The notes under the pieces are model-generated. The model had not been told where the DNA came from. It made no database searches and was given only the letters and a program-made list of their open reading frames with translations. Below, in pieces: positions 1 to 12,100 of a stretch of DNA of 64,000 nucleotides; the first letter of the stretch is position 1; each line of letters begins with the position of its first letter. The DNA lies in NCBI GenBank assembly GCA_977017645.1, contig OZ360239.1, forward strand, positions 7,688,001 to 7,752,000, written 5' to 3'. This DNA comes from Torpedo marmorata (Eukaryota). The position numbers and the translations under genes are program-made.

Positions 1-1079
1 TTATGGTTTTGACATGTCTCATCTGGTGAAGAATGTCTGCAGACAATGATTTCAGTCCCTGAGAGAAACCATCCAACACTTGCTGTTGCATGCCGCCTTG
101 GCTTCTTAAGCATCATATTTTTGTAACAAAAGAACTACACGCTTGACAAAAGGTTTGCAAGCAACAACCTCAGTGTGGTTAAATGAATGCTTTTTACATT
201 AAGGTGTGAATGAAAGGATGACATTTCTCTGTTCTTCAAATGTCATGAACTGCATGTCAAATAATTTATGTCACTTGACGTTTGTCATAAAAGGTGTTAA
301 ATTTTCTTTAGCTAATACACATGATAAATGCTAAATATTTGACACAGTTTCAACCATCAGTGTCTTTCTGCGAGATACTTTTGCAACAATGTGAGACAGT
401 TTCATCTTTAAGTTTAAAAAAAACAGTGGCAAAAGTAATGTGAGGTACTCCAGGGAATTTTCGTTAAAAATTTATTAACAGAACAGATACAATTATAATC
501 ATATTGTAATCTTAACAAGATGGATTTAGATGGCGAGGAACTTCAGCTTATTAGATATTACCCAGCTGTGGCCACGGTTACTCTATTGGATAATCTATTC
601 CTCTGTTTATTGTGTGGTGCAGTGATCAATGTCAGACAAAAAATCCTCCAAGACCTGTATTTTTATGACCAATCGTTTTCAGCAGCAGCAGAAAACTCCT
701 ATCCTCAACAATCATTAATATTGCATACTAATTAGCATTCAGAGGCCTTCCTGTGCACATTTGCATAAACACCATAGCAAAGACAGGTTGGGGAAGATCC
801 TTGAGTCCATTGAGTCTGACCTGTACACCCATAGAGAGCCTTAAATTGCAAGATTAGGAAGACGTTATTGATAGCAGCACATTTATCAATCGTGTCACAT
901 CCGGGATCTGTTCATCTACACAAGTCAGCAAACAAAGTATCACAGATAAAGTAATTGCACTTACACAATCTGAGATTGTCTCAATGTGCTTTTAAATATG
1001 GTGCTGAAATGTCTCAACTGCACAGCCAATTTCGGCACAGCCAGCTTTCACTGACAACAATTAAATTGGTTACCAGATT

Positions 1080-1430
1080 GAGTCATAGAGTCATAGAACA
1101 GGCTCTTCAGCCGAACTTACCCAAGTTGGCATTCTGGGCTAGACCTATTTGCCTACATATGGTCCATATCCTTCTAAACCCTTCCTATCCATAAATCTCT
1201 CAAAATGACTTTCGAACAATGTGACTGTGCCCCTTCTACAGCTTCCTCTGGCAGCTCGTTCCAGATACGGTCCACCCACTAAGTGTACATGTCCCCCCTC
1301 AGGCCCCTCTTAAATCTCTCCGCTCTCATCGTAAACCTGTGTCCTCTGGTTCTCAGTGACCCTACCCTGTGACAAACACTCTGCATTCATTTTATCCACC
1401 CCTTTTCATGATTTTATAAACCTCTATATT
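1080..1430 (-). mobile_element. CR1 LINE 3' fragment (degraded)
   Basis: Similar to the 3' end of the 9122-12775 element, with an ACTCTATG-type tail at ~1081-1097. Confidence 0.7.
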
Positions 1431-1431
1431 A

Positions 1432-1594
1432 CAGTGGTTCTCAACCTTTTTCGTTCCACTCACATACCACCTGAAGTAATCCCTTACTAACCACAGAGCA
1501 CCTATGGCATATAGGATGCCATAGTTGCTCTGTGGTTAGTAAGGGATTACTTAAGGTGGTATGTGAGTGGAAAGAAAAAGGTTGAGAACTACTG
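1432..1594. mobile_element. Palindromic hAT/Charlie-like MITE (163 bp)
   Basis: Termini CAGTGGTTCTCAAC...GTTGAGAACTACTG; almost the whole element is one inverted repeat; related copy at 59405-59535. No clean 8-bp TSD. Confidence 0.85.
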
Positions 1595-1801
1595 CTCCAC
1601 ATGAAATAGTGCGTCCGATAAAGCAGGCGGATGGGTTAACGCCTCATTTGATAGATGCCAACCCCTACAGTGAAACAATTCCTCGGTGATGCACAGTGCT
1701 TAAATACCCATACTGGGTTTTAACTCAGGGCCTTCTGATTCACAGGTACGGCCATGGAGATAACACAGTGTTCTTTTTCTAGTGGATAATTCTTGTCTAT
1801 T

Positions 1802-2068
1802 GGGCGACACAGTTGGCGTAGCAGTTAGCGCAACGCCTTTACAGCGCCAGCGATTGGGACCGGACCGGGGTTCGAGTCCCGCGCTGTCTGTAAGTAGTTT
1901 TTACGTTCTCACCATGTCTGTGTGGGTTTTCTCCGGGGGCTCCGGTTTCCTCCCACCGTTTAAAAATGTACCGGGGGCGTAGGTTAATGAGGTGTAAATT
2001 TGGCAGCATGGACTCATGGGCCGAAATGGCCTGTTACCGTGCTGTATGTCTACATTTTAAAAAATAAA
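1802..2068 (+). mobile_element. tRNA-derived V-SINE (HE1-like)
   Basis: A box TGGCGTAGCAGTT, B box GGTTCGAGTCC, V-domain-like GTTCTCACCATGTCTGTGTGGGTTTTCTCCGGGGGCTCCGGTTTCCTCCCAC, CR1-like tail GGGCCGAAATGGCCTGTTACCGTGCTGTA, A/T-rich end. Confidence 0.9.
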
Positions 2069-2585
2069 TATTACTCAATGGTGAAGAATTCTCCCCATCC
2101 CACATCTTTTCATTACTCAGGACTGTCCGTAGCCATGCGTGAGAGACACATCTTTTCCATCACCATCCAACAGGGCTGTCAACTCTGCACTCAAGTGGAT
2201 TCTGTTAGTCTTAGTAAATCCTTTTAGCTTCCAAGAAGGCAATGCAACCAAGCTCAACAAAGAGTATACAAGCATCCAACACTGTAAAACAGATATGAAA
2301 CAGAGACAGAAAATGATAGTAATATCTTGCAAGTCAAGCAGAACCTGCAGAGAGAGAAAAATAATCTTTCCAGGCACCAGAACTGGTAAATGTTAATAGG
2401 TTTTAAAGTACCGAGGAAGGAATGGGAAAAGAGAAAAGGGAATATTGGAAGGGAGACTGTAAACGACCAGGGAGATGATTAAGCAAGGATAACAGAGTAG
2501 TAGCAGGTGTGTAAAAGAATGAATGATTGGTCTGAAAAAGTTGAACCATTATCTAAAATCACCAAACAGCATGGTGTTCGATTCC

Positions 2586-3360
2586 ATAAGAACATAAGAT
2601 ATAGGAGCAGAAGTAGGCCATTCGGCTCATCGAGTCCGCACTGCCATTCCATCGCGAACTGATCAATTCTCCCAATCAGCCCCACTCCCCTGCCTTCTCC
2701 TCATAACCCTGACTATTCAGATACCTATTCATCTCTGCCGTAAATACACCCAATGACTTGGCCTCCACAGCAGCCTGTGGCAGCAAATTCCAGAGGTTCA
2801 CCGCTCTCTGGCTAAAGAAATTCCACCGCATCCCTGTTCTAAATGGGCGCCCTTCAATCCTGAAGTTGTGCCCTCTTGTCCTAGACTCCCCTACCATGGG
2901 AAACAACTTTGCCTCATCTACTCTGTCCAGGCCTTCCAACATTCAAAATACTTCTATGAGGTCCCCCATCATTCTTCTGAACTCCAAGGAGTACAGTCCA
3001 AGAGCAGTGGCGGATTAACCATTAGGCTGAGTAGACTTAAGCCTAGGGGCCCAGAAGGGAGGGGGCCCGGCAGGAGCAGGGACCTCAGGCTCCTGGCAGG
3101 AGTTGTTATCGACCACTTTGGAGACCCCTAATATGTTATTTAACGTAACTTAATGTCACTTTATTCTATTCAACGAAGGGTGGGGCAAGGGGGCAAGGTC
3201 AGGGGGAGCCTTACTAAAGCTCAGCCTAGGGGCCTGGGTGGTAGTTAATCTGCACTGTCCAAGAGCCTTAAACGCTCCTCATATGCTGATCCCTTCATTC
3301 CAGGAATCATTCTTGTAAATCTTCTCTGAAACTTCTCCAATGCCAGCACATCCTTTCTAA
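2586..3360 (-). mobile_element. CR1 LINE 3' fragment interrupted by a hAT MITE
   Basis: ORF 2676-2942 (GLDRVD..LFPMVGESRTRGH..FFSQRAVNLWN.LP) is a CR1 ORF2 C-terminus; ATGTTCTT-type tail. Confidence 0.9.
3005..3257. mobile_element. hAT (Tip100-like) MITE with 8-bp TSD
   Basis: Imperfect TIR CAGTGGCGGATTAAC / GTTAATCTGCACTG; TSD TCCAAGAG at 2997-3004 and 3258-3265; the CR1 sequence resumes after it. Confidence 0.88.
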
Positions 3361-3521
3361 AATGAAATAAAAAAGAGGACATGCTGGAAATTCGATCTGA
3401 AATTAATCAACTCAGAAAGCTGTTATGCATTCATTCAATCTTTAATGAAAATGCTGGATATACACACTGAAATAAAAAGGTTTGCATTTACTTAATGCTT
3501 TCCATAATCTTATGGCAGAGT

Positions 3522-4031
3522 GAAACACGAAAGTCACCCAGAGATGCTGGAGGAACTCAGCCGGTCTTGCAGCGTCTATAGGAGGTAAAGATATATTACC
3601 GATGTTTTGGGCCTGAGCCCTTCTTCAAGGTATAAGCAAATAGCAGGCAGGCATCTGAGCAAAGACTGGGGAGAGAAAGGGGCAAGAATGGGAGGGGGAG
3701 GAGTCCAGACCAACAGACTAAAAGAGTTAATTGGATATAATAAGAGGAATGGTGAGAATTGATTTTCTCTGTGAAAGGAGACAGAGGGAAAAGGGAATAG
3801 AGAGAGAGAGAGAGAGAGAGAGAACTAGAGGAAAGGAGACAGGGGCATGAAGGGGGTGTTTTAACAGAAACTTGAGAAGTCGATGTTAATGCCATCCGGT
3901 TGGAGGGTGCCCAGACAGAAGATGAGGTGTTGTTCCTCCAATTTGCGGGTGGGCTCAATCTGGTAATGCATGAGACCATGGACAGACATGTCAGCAAGGG
4001 AATGGGATCGGGAATTGAAATGGGTGGCCAC
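3522..4031 (-). mobile_element. Penelope-like element 3' end (GIY-YIG endonuclease C-terminus, pyrimidine-rich UTR, hammerhead-like terminus)
   Basis: 4031-3861 translates VATHFNSRSHSLADMSVHGLMHYQIEPTRKLEEQHLIFCLGTLQPDGINIDFSSFC*, a PLE endonuclease C-terminal pattern in a frame not shown in the ORF track; followed by CCTTGAAGAAGGGCTCAGGCCCAAAACATC and the CTGAGTTCCTCCAGCA arm. Confidence 0.85.
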
Positions 4032-4429
4032 TTAATCTTAAGGTGGTTCAAGGAACTTCACAGCTGATTAAATACTTCCATTTGATCACTGTTTCAATGT
4101 GAAAAATGCATCAGACGATTTTCACACAGCATGGCTCTTGAAATCGGAATGAGAAGATGAGTTAAGGGGAAAACGTGGCTTACTCCACCATTCAATATGA
4201 TTGTGGCTGATCTTTTACCTCAACACCACTTCCCTCTACTTATCCCAGAGCCCTCGCGTGCTTAAATGTCTAATCATCAACTGTTGCAAATGGATTCTGT
4301 AACTAATTCTCCACAGCCGTCCTGGGTAGAGAATTCCAAAGATTACTTTCAGCATAGCCTGGAGAGGCTTAGTCCTGATTAGAGATTTTGCGCTCGCAAT
4401 GACAGATCCCTTATTTTGAGATCATGATG

Positions 4430-4735
4430 GACTGACTGGAGAGGAGGTTGGTTTGTGCGATGCATTCACAACTCTCTGCACTTTCTTGTGGTCTTGAGCG
4501 GAGCAGTTCCCGTCCCAAGTTGTGATGCATCCTGATAGAATGCTTTCTTTGGTACATCTACAAAAATTGGTAAGAAACCTCAGAGACATGCCGAATTTCC
4601 TTAGCCTTCTGAGGAAGCAGAGGCATTGGCGTGCTTTCCTGCCATAGCATCAGCGTGGTTGGAGCAGGACAAATTCTTGGTGATATTTATGCCAAGAAAC
4701 TGAAAGCTTTTGACCATCTCCACCTCAGCACTACT
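4430..4735 (-). mobile_element. Rex1/Babar-like LINE fragment
   Basis: Minus strand reads ARQCLCFLRRLRKFGMSLRFLTNFCRCTKESILSGCITTWDGNCSAQDHKKVQRVVNA, homologous to ORF 36012-36401. Confidence 0.75.
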
Positions 4736-4889
4736 GACAGCAGACCAATAAGCATTTGAACTATGAAGTGGGTATTGTCAGAGATTTGATGGTAATAATA
4801 TTTTTCACCAAGGATCTCAGCGTGAGCATTAACTTTCTCAAATGCATGCAAACACCCTGTTGTATGGTCACAGTCAGGGTTCTTTTTAT

Positions 4890-5380
4890 CAGTTATGTAT
4901 GTGCTATTGCGTAATGTAGAGAAGGTTCATGGGGTTGATTCTTGGGATGAAGGAATTACCTCAGCAGGGAGAATGAGTAAGGTTGATGCTATCTAGAGCT
5001 GAAAACAATGAGAGGGGGATCTCATTGAAAGATAAAAGATTCTGATGGAGCCTGACAGAATCACCACTGAGGAAGCTAGAATTAGGCAGCGAATGGGTGA
5101 CCATTATCCTGAGAGTAAGACTTTGAAGAGGAGAAATTCCTTCCCTCAGTGGGTTATAATCTTTGGAATTCTCTACCTTAAGGAAATGTGGGTGATATGT
5201 CCTGAAGACTTTAGGGTTGAGGTGGGTCTTTTACAGAGAATCAAGAATAATGAAAGTCAGGCAGGGAAGTGCTAAGGTCAACGTTAAAAGCAACCATGAT
5301 CTTACTGAGTGACAGAACAGGCTCGGGAGTCCATATGGCTCTTAAATCCAACTCCTGATCCGATTTCTTCTGTTCTTGTG
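4890..5380 (+). mobile_element. Old CR1 3' fragment
   Basis: AGAAGGTTCA..GATTCTTGGGATGAAGG, GGGGATCTCATTGAAA and GGTTATAATCTTTGGAATTCTCTACC match the CR1 ORF2 3' end seen in other copies. Confidence 0.65.
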
Positions 5381-5574
5381 TTTCCAGCTTTTCTCTTGAT
5401 CCACGTTTAAAAAAAACAAACCCCATTGTAACATGGGAATATTGACAGGCTATGAGGCGCTGACACAGAGTTAAAGGAGACCTTTTAGAAAGCTGCCAAC
5501 ATAACAGTGACTGACTCTGATTATGGTGGGAAAGTAGAATTCACTGGTTGTGTTTTAAATCCTCAACCTCACTC

Positions 5575-5935
5575 ACTCCTGAGTTCAAGTCCCCTATCAG
5601 AGAATTGGACCAGAATCAAGGCCGCATATTGCTGCTGGACTCAGGGAGTGCTGCTCTGCTGAAGTGTTTGGAAAAATGCACCAATCATGCTTGCCTTCTC
5701 GAGTAAATACAAAAAAATCCATGCCAGTATTTTGAAGAGCTGAGAAATACCCCGCAGGCCACCATATATCACTCTAACCAACAGCACTGATACAGTTACC
5801 TATTTATTAATATTTGCATTGTGGGTTTTGCTTCACACAAATTAGCTGCCTGTAATTCTTTCAAGATAATGGTGATGAAATGTTTTAAGCAGTTTCAGAA
5901 AATCCTACCATCTGGAAAAATATGTAAATGCAATA
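5575..5935 (+). mobile_element. Degraded Deu-domain SINE (SacSINE1/AmnSINE1-like)
   Basis: B-box GAGTTCAAGTCCC, then GGGAGTGCTGC, AAAATCCATGCCAGTATTTTGAAGAGC and TGTGGG..CACACAAATTAGCTGCC, ending TAAATGCAA; resembles the recalled DeuSINE consensus. Confidence 0.5.
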
Positions 5936-6015
5936 TTTTTTCCTTGATAAATGTATAGAACCTTTGGATACTTCATGAAATAATTTTTGCAATAACCCTT
6001 TTAAGTGCTGTTGAA

Positions 6016-6252
6016 CAGTAAAACCTCTGTTATTTGGAATTCAAGCAACTGGCAACCTCAAGCAACTGGCAAAATAAATTGCAGAAAATAAATAGTAAAA
6101 AATACGGAAGTTTAAAATTGGCGCACCTCGCCATTAGTTCGCCAATCCACACAACACGCAATCCATGCAACACGCAATCTCAAGCAACCGGAGAATTCAC
6201 TTATCTGGCATCTACCAATCCCCGTAGGTGCCAGATACTGGAGGTTTTACTG
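6016..6252. mobile_element. Tc1/mariner (Tigger/pogo-like) MITE
   Basis: TIR CAGTAAAACCTC / GAGGTTTTACTG; TA on the right flank; internal repeats CAAGCAAC(T/C)GG. Confidence 0.8.
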
Positions 6253-6336
6253 TATTTAGATACATTTCTGAAAATGTTTACTTTGGTCAATCCCAGAATA
6301 AAGGAGTTATGGTGGATGAAAGGTTGAGGAGTCATA

Positions 6337-6685
6337 CAGGAGACTGCAGATGCTGGAATCTGAAGCTAAAAAAAGTCTGCTGGCAGAACTCAGCAGGTCG
6401 AGCAGCATCCGTGGGAGGAAAAGATTGGTCAATGTCTGGAGCCGAAACTCTTCATCAAGAGTGAGGGAAGTTTGAACACAAGCAAGTGTGAAGAGGGTGG
6501 AGGTGGGAGGGGTGGGACAGGTTCACCAATCCTGTGTGGGGGTCCCTATCTCACCCTCCCACCCTGTCCTCGTTACACTGTATCTGTTCTATGTCCTGAT
6601 GCGCTTTGGCCTGAAATGTCGACCATTCTTTTTCTCCCACTGATGCTGCTCAACCCTCTGAGTTCCTCCGGCAGAGTGTGTTTGA
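6337..6685. mobile_element. Old Penelope-terminus fold-back element
   Basis: Arm GAACTCAGCAGGTCGAGCAGCATC and inverted arm GATGCTGCTCAACCCTCTGAGTTC, with two decayed hammerhead-like cores (~6437-6460 minus, ~6595-6622 plus). Confidence 0.7.
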
Positions 6686-6759
6686 AAAGTTGAGGTGGTT
6701 GGATTTGTACTCCTGAGGCTTCAGAAGAATGACAGGTGAAGCACATAAGATCGTAGAAT

Positions 6760-7485
6760 TTTAAAGCACAGAAATGGGCCCTTTCAGATCACCTTTCCAT
6801 GTCGAATATGATACTTATCAATGCTAACTCCGTTTGCCTACATGAGGCCGATATCCCTCTATGCATCTCCTGTCTGATAACCTGTCCAAATGCCTTTTAA
6901 ACATTGTAATTGTATCTGCTTCTCTCACCTCTTCCAGCACCTCATTCCAGAAAATTATCACTCACTTTGTGAAAATCCTATCCATCCTTTAAATTTCTCC
7001 CCTATCACCGTAAACCTATCTATACCCTTTAATTCTAAACTCGCCTGTTCTGGAAAAAGACTCCATCTATGTCCCTCATAATTTTATAACCTCTATAAGA
7101 TTCATATGTTTCTGTGAGATTAAACCAGAGCATTCAATCTCTCCTTCTAACTAGAGCCCTCCATTCCAGACAGCATCCCAGTGAATCTTTTCTGCACTCT
7201 CTCTACTGCTACCACTTCCTTCCTGTAGTGTAGGGTAGTGATCAGCACTGTATGTGGTCTGAACATGGTTTAACCAATATTTTGTACAGTTGCAACATGA
7301 TATCCCAACTTTTATACTCAGTGCCTCATCTTATGAAGGCAAGCATACAAATCAACCCCTAAGTGTCTTGACATTTACTGCATCTATCGTACCAGAATTT
7401 GACTTCACAAAATACATTGCCTCCCACTTGTCTGGATTAAATTCCACCTGCTAACCTACTCGCCCAAATTACCATCTGATCCATG
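6760..7485 (-). mobile_element. Old CR1 3' fragment
   Basis: GTGAATCTTTTCTGCACTCTCTC, ACTTGTCTGGATTAAATTCCA and TCATCTGCAA (FADD region) parallel the 9122-12775 element. Confidence 0.75.
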
Positions 7486-7901
7486 TCTTTTGCTGCATCT
7501 TCTTCTCTATTTGCAATTTCACCAATGTCCACGTCATCTGCAACAGATTCTGAGGGGCTTGAGAGGTGGATACTGAGAAGATGTTTTGCCTCGTCATGGA
7601 ATCTGGAGGCATGGGGTTGAAGTTTCAGAAGAAGGAGGTGCCCACTTACAATGGGAAGAAAATGTTCATCGCTCCAAAGGCCTCGAGTTTGAGGGATTAT
7701 CTAACCCAAACATCCAAGGAAACTGAACTACTGTGGGGAATGGGCAGAACTTCATTGATGAGAAGGGCTAGCAGAAGGGGCCAAATGGCCTGTTTCTTGT
7801 GTTATTATGTATTAAGGCAAATTAACAACCACATTAACTTTTAAACATTTCTACTTACAATTCTACTGTTGAACAGTAATTTCCTCTATACCCTGCATGA
7901 A

Positions 7902-8150
7902 GGGAATCACAGTTAGTGTAGCGGTTAGTGCAACACTGTTACAGCGCCAGCGACCCGGATTTGAATCCGGCGCTGTCTGTAAGGAGTTTGTACATTCTCC
8001 CCGTGTCTGCATGGGTTTTCATCGGGTGCTCCGGTTTCCTCCCACCCTTGAAAACGTACGGGGGTTGTAGGTTAATTGGGTGTATGCGGCGGCACAGGCT
8101 TGTGGGCCGGAAGGGCCTGTTGCCGTGCTGTATGTCTAAATTTTAAAAAA
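7902..8150 (+). mobile_element. V-SINE (HE1-like)
   Basis: Same head, V-domain and tail as 1802-2068. Confidence 0.9.
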
Positions 8151-8604
8151 ATGCTTTGCAAATCTTTGACTAATTGTAATGCCACACCTTGCACATTTGT
8201 CTTCTTATTGCACTATCTGTTGCATTTAAATATGGGTTGACTTGCCTGGATAGCATGCTAAACAAAGCTTTTCACTGCATCTTGGTACCCATGACAATAA
8301 ACAATTCCATGAGCAGAATTTGGCCAATCCAATCTGCTCCAATCATGGCTGATGTATTTTTTGGTTTAACCCCATTCTCCTGCCTTCTCCCCATAACCTG
8401 TGACGTCCTTACTAATCAAGTACCTTTCAAACTCAGCTTTAACTACAGCCAAGGACAGCCTCCACAGCCGTCTGTGGCAACAACTTCCACAGTTTCACCC
8501 CCTTCTGGCTGAAGAACTCTCTCATCCTCTCTGTTCTAAAGGAATGTCCTTTTATTCTGATGCTGCACCCTCTGGTCCTAGATTCCCCCATTCAAGCCCA
8601 AAAC

Positions 8605-8905
8605 GTATCAGAGCCAGCACCACCAGGCTGAGGAACAGCTTCTTCCCACAGGCAGTGAGAATGCTGAACGACCAAAGGAACTGCTCACACTAACCATCTG
8701 AGACTTTCATTTGAACAAAGCAATATCTATTTATTTATTTATTTATTTATTTTTATAGATATCATACTTGTCCTGCATATGTATTGTTTGTCTGTATGTG
8801 TGTTAAGTCTGGTTGTATGTCTGTGTGTTTTTCACCAAGGACCGGAGAACGCTGTTTCGTCGGGTTGTACTTGTACAATCAGATGACAATAAACTTGACT
8901 TGACT
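8605..8905 (+). mobile_element. Rex1/Babar-like LINE 3' end
   Basis: IRASTTRLRNSFFPQAVRMLN C-terminus; 3' UTR with (TTTA)n and tail AATAAACTTGACTTGACT; same family at 25340-25792, 28078-28310 and 47220-47365. Confidence 0.8.
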
Positions 8906-9003
8906 TTATCTTTGCTATATAAGGACACTGTTTGACCTGCTGAGTTTCTCCAGCGTTGTGTTTTTACTTCAACCACGGTGTCTGCAGACTTTCATGTTTT
9001 ACT
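8905..9003 (+). mobile_element. Penelope-terminus mini-element, 5'-truncated (no hammerhead core)
   Basis: CTTTGCTATATAAGGACACTGTTTGACCTGCTGAGTTTCTCCAGC...GTCTGCAGACTTTCATGTTTTACT matches 55649-55791. Confidence 0.85.
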
Positions 9004-9121
9004 ACTGGAAACATCTCCATGTCCACTCTCTCTAGCCCTTTCAACATTCGGTAGGTTTTAATGAGATCTCCCTCATCCTTCTAAACTCCAGTGAGTTTCG
9101 GATAACCATCATTCAAAACAA

Positions 9122-12100
9122 AATAGAACCATAGAACACTACAGCACAGAAAACAGGCCATTCGGCCCTTCTAGTCTGTGCCGAAACATCATACCGCTAG
9201 TCCCACTGACCTGCACCTATTCCATAACCCTCCAGACCTCTCCTATCCATGTATCTATCCAGTTTATTTTTAAAACTTAAGAGTGAGCCCGCATTTACCA
9301 CGTCAGATGGCAGCTCGTTCCACACTCCCACCACTCTCTGAGTGAAGAAGTTCCCCCTAATGTTCCCCCTAAACCTTTCCCCTTTCACCCTAAATCCATG
9401 TCCTCTTGTATTTATCTCTCCTAATCTAAGTGGAAAGAGCCTACTCGCATTTACTCTGTCTATACCTCTCATAATTTTGTAAACCTCTATCAAATCTCCC
9501 CTCATTCTTCTACGCTCCAAGGAATAGAGTCCTAACCTGTTTAATCTTTCCCTGTAACTCAACTCCTGAAGACCCGGCAACATCCCAGTAAATCTTCTCT
9601 GCACTCTTTCAATCTTACTGATATCCTTCCTGTAGTTTGGCGACCAGAACTGCACACAATACTCCAAATTTGGCCTCACCAATGTCTTATACAACCTCAC
9701 CATAACATCCCAACACTTGTACTGAAGACTTTGATTTATGAAGGCCAAGATGCCAAAAGCTTTCTTTACAACCCTGTCTACCTGTGATGCCACTTTCAGG
9801 GAACAATGTATCTGTATTCCCAGATCCCTTTGTTCCTCCGCACTCCTCAGTGCCCTACCATTCACCGTGTATGTCCTACCTTGGTTTGTCCTTCCAAAAT
9901 GCAACACCTCACACTTGTCTGCATTAAATTCCATCTGCCATTTTGCCACCCATTTTTCAAGTTGGTCCAGATCCCTCTGCAAGATTTGAAAGCCTTCCTC
10001 GCTGTCCACAACACCTCCTATCTTAGTGTTATCAGCAATTTGCTGATCCAATTTTTTACATTATCATCCAGATCATTGATATAGACAACAAACAACAATG
10101 GTCCCAGCACCGATCCCTGAGGCACACCACTAATCACAGACCTCCAGTCTGAGAAGCAATCATCCACTACCACTCTCTGTCTTCTACCATTCAGCCAATT
10201 TCGAATCCATTTTACAATCTCTCCATGGATACCTAGTATCTGAACCTTCTGAACTAGCCTCCCGTGTGAGACCTTGTCAAAGGCCTGACTAAAGTCCATG
10301 TAGACAACATCCACAGCCTTTCCTTCATCTACTTTCTTGGTAACCTCCTCGAAAAACTCTACAAGATTCATTAAACACGACCTGCCACGCACAAAGCCAT
10401 GCTGACTATTTTTAATCAACCCTTGGCTGTCCAAATCCTTGTATACCCGATCTCTCAGAATGCCCTCCAATAATTTACCAACTACTGATGTCAGGCTCAT
10501 CGGCCTGTAATTTCCTGGTTTACTTTTGGAGCCTTTTTTAAACAACGGAACAACATGAGCTACCCTCCAATCCTCCGGCACCTCACCTGTGGATAAGGAT
10601 GTTTTAAATATTTCTGCCAGGGCCCCTGCAATTTCTGCACTAGTCTCCCTCAAGGTCCGAGGGAATATCATGTCAGGCCCGGGGGATTTATCTACCTTTA
10701 TTCACTGTAAGGCAGCAAGCACCTCTTCCTCTTTAATCTCTATATGTTCCATGCCACTATTGCTTGTTTCCCTTCCTTCCTTATACACTATGCCAGTTTC
10801 CTGAGTAAATACTGATGCAAAAAAACTGTTTAAGATCTCCCCCATTTCGTGAAGCTCCACACATAGATGACCACTCTGATCTTCTAAGGGACCAATTTTG
10901 TCCCTTACTATCCTTTTACTCTTAACATACTTGTAGAACCCCTTCGGGTTTACCTTCATATTATCTGCCAAAGCAACCTCATATCTTCTTTTTGCCTTCC
11001 TGATTTCCTTCTTAAGTATTTTCTTACATTTTCTATACTCTTCTAGTACCTCATTAGCTCCTTGTTGCCTATACCTGCTATACACCTCTCTCTTCTTCTT
11101 AACCAGATCGCCAATATCCCTTGAAAACCAAGGTTCCCTATGCCTGTTAACTTTGCCTTTAATCCTGACAGGAACATGCAAACACTGCACTTTCAAAATT
11201 TTGCCTTTGAAGGCCTTCCACTTACTGAACACATCCTTGCCAGAAAACAACTTATCCCAATCCACTCTTCCTAGATCCTTTCTCATTTCCACAAAATTGG
11301 CCTTTGTCCAATTTAGAATCTCAACTCGAGGACCAGACCTATCCTTATTCCTAATTAACTTGAAACTAATGGCATTATGGTCACTGGACCCAAAATGTTC
11401 TCCTACACATACTTCTGACACCTGACCTGTCTGGTTCCCTAAAAGGAGATCCAGTATTGCATTCTCTCTAGTTGGTACCTCTATTTACTGATTTAGAAAA
11501 CTTTCCTGAACACATTTGACAAACTCCAAGCCATTAAGCCCTTTTACAGTATGGGAGTCCCAGTCAAAATATGGAAAATTAAAATCTCCTACTATCACAA
11601 CTTTCTGTTTCTTACATCGGTTTGCTATCTCTTTACAGATTTGCTCCCCCAATTCTCTCTGACTATTGGGCGGTCTATAATAAAACCCTATCAGTGTGGT
11701 CACACCTTTCCCATTCCTCAACTCCACCCATATGGCCTCTGTAGATGAGCCCTCTGGGCTGTCCTGTCGAAGCACAGCTGTGATATTTTCCCTGACTAGC
11801 AATGCCACTCCTCCCCCTTTCATCCCTCCCCCTCTATCATGTCTGAAACAACGGAACCCCGGAACATTGAGCTGCCAGTCCCGCCCCTCCTGCAACCAAG
11901 TCTCACTAATAGCAATAATGTCACAATCCCACGTGCCAATCCACGCCCTAAGCTCGTCTGCCTTTCTGACAATACTCCTTGCATTGAAATAAATACACCT
12001 GAGAACATTTATATCACGTACAAACCTTTGATTTCTGTCTATACATGCAGTCCTCGCATGACCTTTATCCTTTACCACCTCACTGTCTACTCTAACACTC

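Larger units (their letters stand above)
8310..9095 (-). mobile_element. CR1 3' fragment split by nested Rex1 and Penelope-terminus insertions
   Basis: CR1 sequence breaks after CTGGTCCTAGATTCCCCCA (~8590) and resumes at ACTGGAAACATC (~9004). Confidence 0.75.

Noticed and set aside
1802-1885. tRNA gene (A and B boxes present)
   Set aside because: No complete cloverleaf; continues into V-domain and LINE tail, so it is a SINE head.
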